A stretch of DNA of 64,000 nucleotides from Narcine bancroftii (Eukaryota), in NCBI RefSeq assembly GCF_036971445.1, contig NC_091471.1:237150001-237214000 (forward strand), written 5' to 3'. Below, in pieces: positions 58,493-64,000 of this stretch (positions within the stretch are counted from its first letter, which is position 1; each line of letters begins with the position of its first letter). The notes under the pieces were generated by a model. That model was not told where the DNA came from. It did not search any database and was given only the letters and a program-made list of their open reading frames with translations. A program made the translations under genes and the position numbers.

Positions 58493-61400
58493 TTAGGTAA
58501 TGATTGTCCCCGGTAGGTTTTCGCTATTGTATTTAATGTAAGGCTCCCATATTTGTTCGAATATTTCAATATTATTTCTTAAACTATATGTTATTTTTTC
58601 TAATGGAATACATTTATTCATTTCTATATACCATTGTTGTATTTTCAAATTATCTTCCAATTTCCAGATTGACATAATACATTTTTTTGCTATGGCTAGA
58701 GCTATCTTAACAAATCTATTTTGTGCATCCTCCAAATCAATTCCAAATTCTTTGTTTTTTATGTTACTTAGGAGGAAGATCTCTGGATTCTTTGGTATAT
58801 TGTTTTCTGTTATTTTATTTAATATCTGATTTAGATCTTCCCAAAATTTTTTAACTTTCTCACATGTCCAGATTGCATGAATTGTTGTTCCCATTTCTTT
58901 TTTACATCGAAAACATCTATCAGATACTATTGGGTCCCATTTATTTAACTTTTGAGGTGTAATGTATAGCCTGTTTATCCAGTTATATTGTATCATACGT
59001 AACCTCGTATTTATTGTATTTCTCATCGTTCCGGAGCATAACTTCTCCCATGTTTCCTTTTTTATCTTTTAATTTAAATCTTGTTCCCATTTTTGTTTAG
59101 TTTTACCATTTGTTTCCTCATTCTCCTTTTCTTGCAGTTTAATATACATATTTGTTATAAATCTTTTGATTAACATTGTATCTGTAATCACATATTCAAG
59201 ATTACTTCCCTCTGGCAAACTTAAACTGCTTCCTAATTTATCCTTCAAGTAGGATCTCAATTGGTAATATGCCAGTGCTGTATCTCCAATTATATTGTAC
59301 TTATCTTTCATTTGTTCAAAGGATAAGAATCTATTTCCTGAAAAACAATTTTCTATTCTTTTAATCCCGTTTTTTTCCCATTCTCTAAAGGAAAGGTTAT
59401 CTATTGTAAAAGGGAGTAACTTGTTTTGCGTCAATATTAGTTTTGGTAATTGATAATTTGTTTTATTTCTTTCTACATGAATCTACTTCCAAATATTGAG
59501 GAGATGATGTAATACTGGAGAACTTCTATGTTGTACCAATTTTTCATCCCATTTATATAATATATGTTCAGGTATCTTTTCCCCTATTTTATCTAATTCT
59601 AATCTCGTCCAATCTGGCTTTTCCCTTGTTTGATAAAAATCTGATAGGTATCTTAATTGTGCAGCTCTATAATAATTTTTAAAGTTTGGCAGTTGTAAGC
59701 CTCCTTGTTTATACCATTCTGTTAATTTATCTAGTGCTATCCTCGCTTTCCCCCCTCTCCATAAAAATTTCCTTATTATTTTCTTAAACTCCTTGAAGAA
59801 TTTCTCTGTCAGTTGTATTGGCAATGCCTGAAATAAGTATAATATCCTTGGAAAAATGTTCATTTTAATACAATTTATCCTTCCTATTAGTGTTAGTGGT
59901 AAATCTTTCCAATGCTCTAAATCGTCCTGTAATTTTTTCATTAGTGGATAATAATTGAGTTTATATAGTTGGCTGAGATTTTTGTTTATTTGTACACCTA
60001 GGTATCTTATTGCTTGCATTTGCCATCTAAATGGTGATTCCTTCTTAAATTTTGAGAAATCTGCATTATTCATAGGCATTGCTTCACTTTTATTTATGTT
60101 TATCTTGTAACCCGACACTTCTCCATATTCCTTCAATTTCTTATATAATTCTTTTATTGATAGTTCTGGTTCTGTTAAGTACACTATAACATCATCCGCA
60201 AATAAACTGATTTTATATTCCTTGTCTTTTATTTTTATTCCTTTTATATTATTATCTGTTCTTATCAATTCTGCTAGTGGTTCTATAGCTAACGCAAACA
60301 ATAAAGGTGATAGTGGGCATCCCTGTCGTGTTGACCTGCTTAAGTTAAATTGTTTTGATACATGTCCATTTACTGTCACTTTCGCTAATGGTCCCTTATA
60401 TAATGCTTTAATCCAATTAATATACTTCTCCGGTAAACTGAATTTTTGCAATACTTTGAACAAATAATTCCATTCTACTCTGTCAAAGGCCTTCTCTGCA
60501 TCTAAAGCAACTGCTACTGTTGGTGCTTTATTCCCTTCTACTGCATGAATTAAGTTAATAAATTTACAAATATTGTCTGTTGTGCGTCTTTTTTTGATAA
60601 ATCCAGTTTGGTCTAGATTTACCATTTTCGGTACATACTCTGCTAATCTGTTTGCTAATAATTTAGCTATTATCTTATAATCTGTGTTAAGTAAAGATAT
60701 TGGTCTATATGGCGCTGGTGTGAGTGGATCTTTCCCTTGCTTTAGTATTACTGTAATTATTGCTGTTTTACATGAATCTGGTAAGCTTTGCGTTTTATCA
60801 ATCTGGTTGATTACTTCCAGGAGGGGCGGAATTAATAAGTCTTTAAATGTTTTATAGAATTCTATTGGGAATCCATCCTCTCCTGGTGTCTTATTATTTG
60901 GTAATTTTTTTATTATCTCTTGTATTTCTACTATTCCAAATGGCTCTGTTAATTTATTTTGTTCCTCTATTTGTAGTTTTGGTAGTTCAATTTTAGTTAG
61001 AAATTCATCTATTTTCCCTTCTTTCCCTTCGTTTTCAGTTCGGTATAATTGTTCATAGAATTCTCTAAAGTTTTCCTTAATTTCTTTTGGATTATATGTA
61101 ATTTGTTTGTCTTTTTTCCTTGATGCCAATACCATTTTCTTAGCTTGTTCTGTCTTAAGCTGCCATGCTAGGATTTTGTGCGTTTTTTCACCTAGTTCAT
61201 AATATTTCTGTTTTGTCTTCATTATATTTTTCTCCACCTTATATGTTTGTAGTGTTTCATATTTTATTTTTTTATCCGCCAATTCTCTTCTTTTAGTAAT
61301 ATCTTCCTTCATTACTAATTCTTTTTCTATATTTACTATTTCCCTTTCCAACTGCTCTGTTTCCTGATTATAGTCCTTCTTCATCTTAGTTACATAACTT

Positions 61401-62290
61401 ATTATTTGCCCTCTAATGAATGCTTTCATTGCATCGCATAGTATAAACTTATCTTCCACTGATTCCGTATTTATTTCAAAATACATTTTAATTTGTTTTT
61501 CAATAAATTCTCTAAAATCCTGCCTTTTAAGTAACATGGGGTTTAATCTCCATCTATACATTCTTGGAGGGATGTCCTCTAACTTTACTGTCAATATTAA
61601 GGGTGAATGGTCCGATAGTATTCTAGCTTTATATTCTGTTTTTTTTACTCTATCTTGCATACGAGCTGATAACAAAAATAGGTCTATTCTTGAGTATGTT
61701 TTATGTCTAGCCGAGTAATATGAATATTCCTTTTCCTTTGGGTGTTGTTTCCTCCATATATCCAAAAGTTGCATTTCTTACATCGATTTAATTATAAATT
61801 TGGTTACTTTGTTCTTTCTGTTAATTTTTTTCCCAGTTTTGTCCATATTTGAATCCAAATTCAGGTTGAAATCCCCTCCTATTAATATGTTCCCTTGCGT
61901 ATCTGCTATCTTCAAAAAGATATCTTGCATAAACTTTTGATCTTCTTCATTAGGTGAATATACATTGAGTAGATTCCATAACTCCGAATATATCTGACAT
62001 TTTATCATTACATATCTCCCTGCTGGATCTATTATTTCCTCTTCTATTTTAAATGGCACATTTTTACTAATTAATATAGCTACTCCTCTTGCTTTTGAAT
62101 TATACGATGCTGCTGTTACGTGACCTACCCAATCTCTCTTTAATTTCTTATGCTTCAATTCAGTTAAATGTGTTTCTTGCACAAATGCTATATCAATTTT
62201 TTCTTTTTTCAGTAAATTTAGCAGTTTCTTCCTTTTAATTTGGTTATGTATTCCATTAATATTTAAAGACATATAGTTCAACGTAGCCAT
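58493..62290 (-). pseudogene. L1 ORF2, nearly intact (stops at 61778 and 59483, frameshift near 59069)
   Basis: 170-aa endonuclease piece, 763-aa RT piece ([24 protein letters not shown]) and C-terminal pieces. Confidence 0.92.
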
Positions 62291-62954
62291 TTTATACTTT
62301 GTTTATCTTCCCTTTCTGTTTCTCCATTATTACCTTTCCTTCTTATCCATTTCTGTTTTCTTGTTTTGAATCCTTTATAAGACAACATTCCTAAAACATC
62401 AAACATTTTCCTTATTCTCCTATTTAAAACTTCTTTAGCCCCAATCCCCCCTTCCCCTCCTGAGTTGTCCTTTATCCCTTGTCGGACAACCATATCTCCC
62501 CTCTCCATTTGGATTTGCGAATTCACTCGCAAGCGTCAGCTGATTTTTCAGTGACCGTAACACCCCCCCACCCAGCCCCCCCCAGAAAAGATCTCACTTT
62601 TCATATGTGACAAAGGTCACTCTTTTAATTCCCTCCTTATTCCCTCTATACCTTTTCCTTCCCTTATTAATTCTTGTCTATACTATCTATATTTTCCTCT
62701 AAATACGGATACATTCATGTATGCACATTATACATATACACACATATACCTCTTTACCCACATACATATAAATCGTGGTCATTTTTACTCTTATTACGTG
62801 TCTTCATCTCTCTGTTTGTTTTGTAGTTGTTCTGCAAATTTCCTTGCTTCCTCTGGATCCGAGAATAGTTTTTTTTCCATAAGATCGTTTTCGATGTTTT
62901 GAACTCCTTCCTCCTCTTCAGATTCTTTTTAGTTTGCAGTTTTTTGTACTCTCG

Positions 62955-63998
62955 TTACACGTCTTCATCTCTCAGTCTATTTTGTAATTGTTCTGCAAAT
63001 TTTCGTCCTTCCTCTGGATCCGAGAATAGTCTGTTTTGCTGTCCTGGAATAAATATTTTCAATACCGCTGGATGCTTTAGTATAAATTTATACCCTTTCT
63101 TCCATAAAATCGCCTTTGCTGTATTGAACTCCTTTCTCTTCTTCAGGAGTTCAAAACTTATATCTGGATAAATGAAGATTTTTTGCCCTTTGTACTCCAG
63201 TGGCTTATTGTCCTCTCTTACTTTTTCCATTGTTTTCTCCAGTACCTTTTCTCTTGTAGTATATCTTAGGAATTTTACTAAAACAGATCTTGGCTTTTGT
63301 TGTGATTGTGGTTTAAAGGCCAATGATCTATGTGCCCTTTCTATTTCCATTTCTTGCTGTAGTTCTGGACATCCTAGGATCCTAGGGATCCAATCTTTTA
63401 TAAACTCTCTCATATTCTTGCCTTCTTCATCTTCCTTAAGGCCCACTATCTTTATGTTATTTCTTCTGTTATAATTTTCCATTATATCTATTTTCTGAGC
63501 TAACAGTTCTTGTGTCTCTTTAACTTTTTTATTAGATTCCTCTAATTTCTTTTTTAAGTCCTCTACCTCCATTTCTACTGCTGCTTCTCGTTCTTGCACC
63601 TTGTCCATTCTTTTTCCCATTTCTGATAAGGTCATATCTATTTTATTCATTTTCTCTTCTGTATTGTTTATTCTTCTTCTTAAATCATTAAATTCTTGCG
63701 CTTGCCATTCTTTAAATGACTCCATGTATTCTTTAATAAGAGAAAGTATATCCTTTATCTTGCCTTTCCCTTCTTCTTCTATTTCACTGTACTCTTCCTC
63801 TTCCTCTTCTTCTTCCTCTGGGTTGGCCATCTGTTGTTTCTTTGTTGCCCTTTTCTTCTCTTCTTTCTTGTTTTCGTTGTCTTCTATGTTCTCCTCTTGC
63901 TGCAGGTGTTCTGCAGCTGTCGTTGCCGGCTGTGGAGATCGACTCCCCAGCTGGTCACCCCTCCTGTCGGTGTGTTTTTTTTCATGCGTATCGCGCAT
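62955..63998 (-). CDS. L1 ORF1p, intact within the window (N-terminus probably truncated by the edge)
   Basis: [38 protein letters not shown]. Confidence 0.85.
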   Translation of the reverse strand: MRDTHEKKHTDRRGDQLGSRSPQPATTAAEHLQQEENIEDNENKKEEKKRATKKQQMANPEEEEEEEEEYSEIEEEGKGKIKDILSLIKEYMESFKEWQAQEFNDLRRRINNTEEKMNKIDMTLSEMGKRMDKVQEREAAVEMEVEDLKKKLEESNKKVKETQELLAQKIDIMENYNRRNNIKIVGLKEDEEGKNMREFIKDWIPRILGCPELQQEMEIERAHRSLAFKPQSQQKPRSVLVKFLRYTTREKVLEKTMEKVREDNKPLEYKGQKIFIYPDISFELLKKRKEFNTAKAILWKKGYKFILKHPAVLKIFIPGQQNRLFSDPEEGRKFAEQLQNRLRDEDV

Positions 63999-64000
63999 GC

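Larger units (their letters stand above)
58226..64000 (-). mobile_element. Near-full-length L1-clade LINE (same family as 41849-48515); 5' end beyond the window
   Basis: T-tract/TTTATT at 58226-58248, 3'UTR, ORF2, spacer and ORF1 all homologous to the + copy. Confidence 0.95.

Overview
Vertebrate, not prokaryotic, genomic DNA. It is most likely from a cartilaginous fish (ray/shark), judged by HE1-like V-SINEs, CR1, Rex/Babar, RTE, Penelope and AT-rich L1 repeats. The main gene is a complete 13-exon FARSA (cytosolic Phe-tRNA ligase alpha subunit, 497 aa) on the minus strand (21751-57173); all exons were rebuilt by hand with GT-AG boundaries and a continuous frame. Convergent with it is a two-exon SMIM44-like small membrane protein gene (+, 15329-18664). 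Further left are an unassigned single-exon Glu/Ala/Lys/Pro-repeat protein with a Cys-rich tail (+, 8047-9462) and a CpG island with a perfect 9x27-bp minisatellite and an RFX X-box. That island probably drives a minus-strand gene running off the left edge (SYCE2 by synteny, inferred only). The rest is largely transposon-derived: two near-full-length L1 copies in inverted orientation, several MITEs with TIRs/TSDs, and LINE/SINE fragments. The most notable observations are (i) a third ORF plus a covarying RNA hairpin in the L1 inter-ORF spacer, with the ORF stop overlapping the ORF2 start in both copies, (ii) the orphan repeat protein with an overlapping Cys-rich upstream frame, and (iii) the motif-rich promoter VNTR. 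Repeat boundaries without TSDs are approximate.
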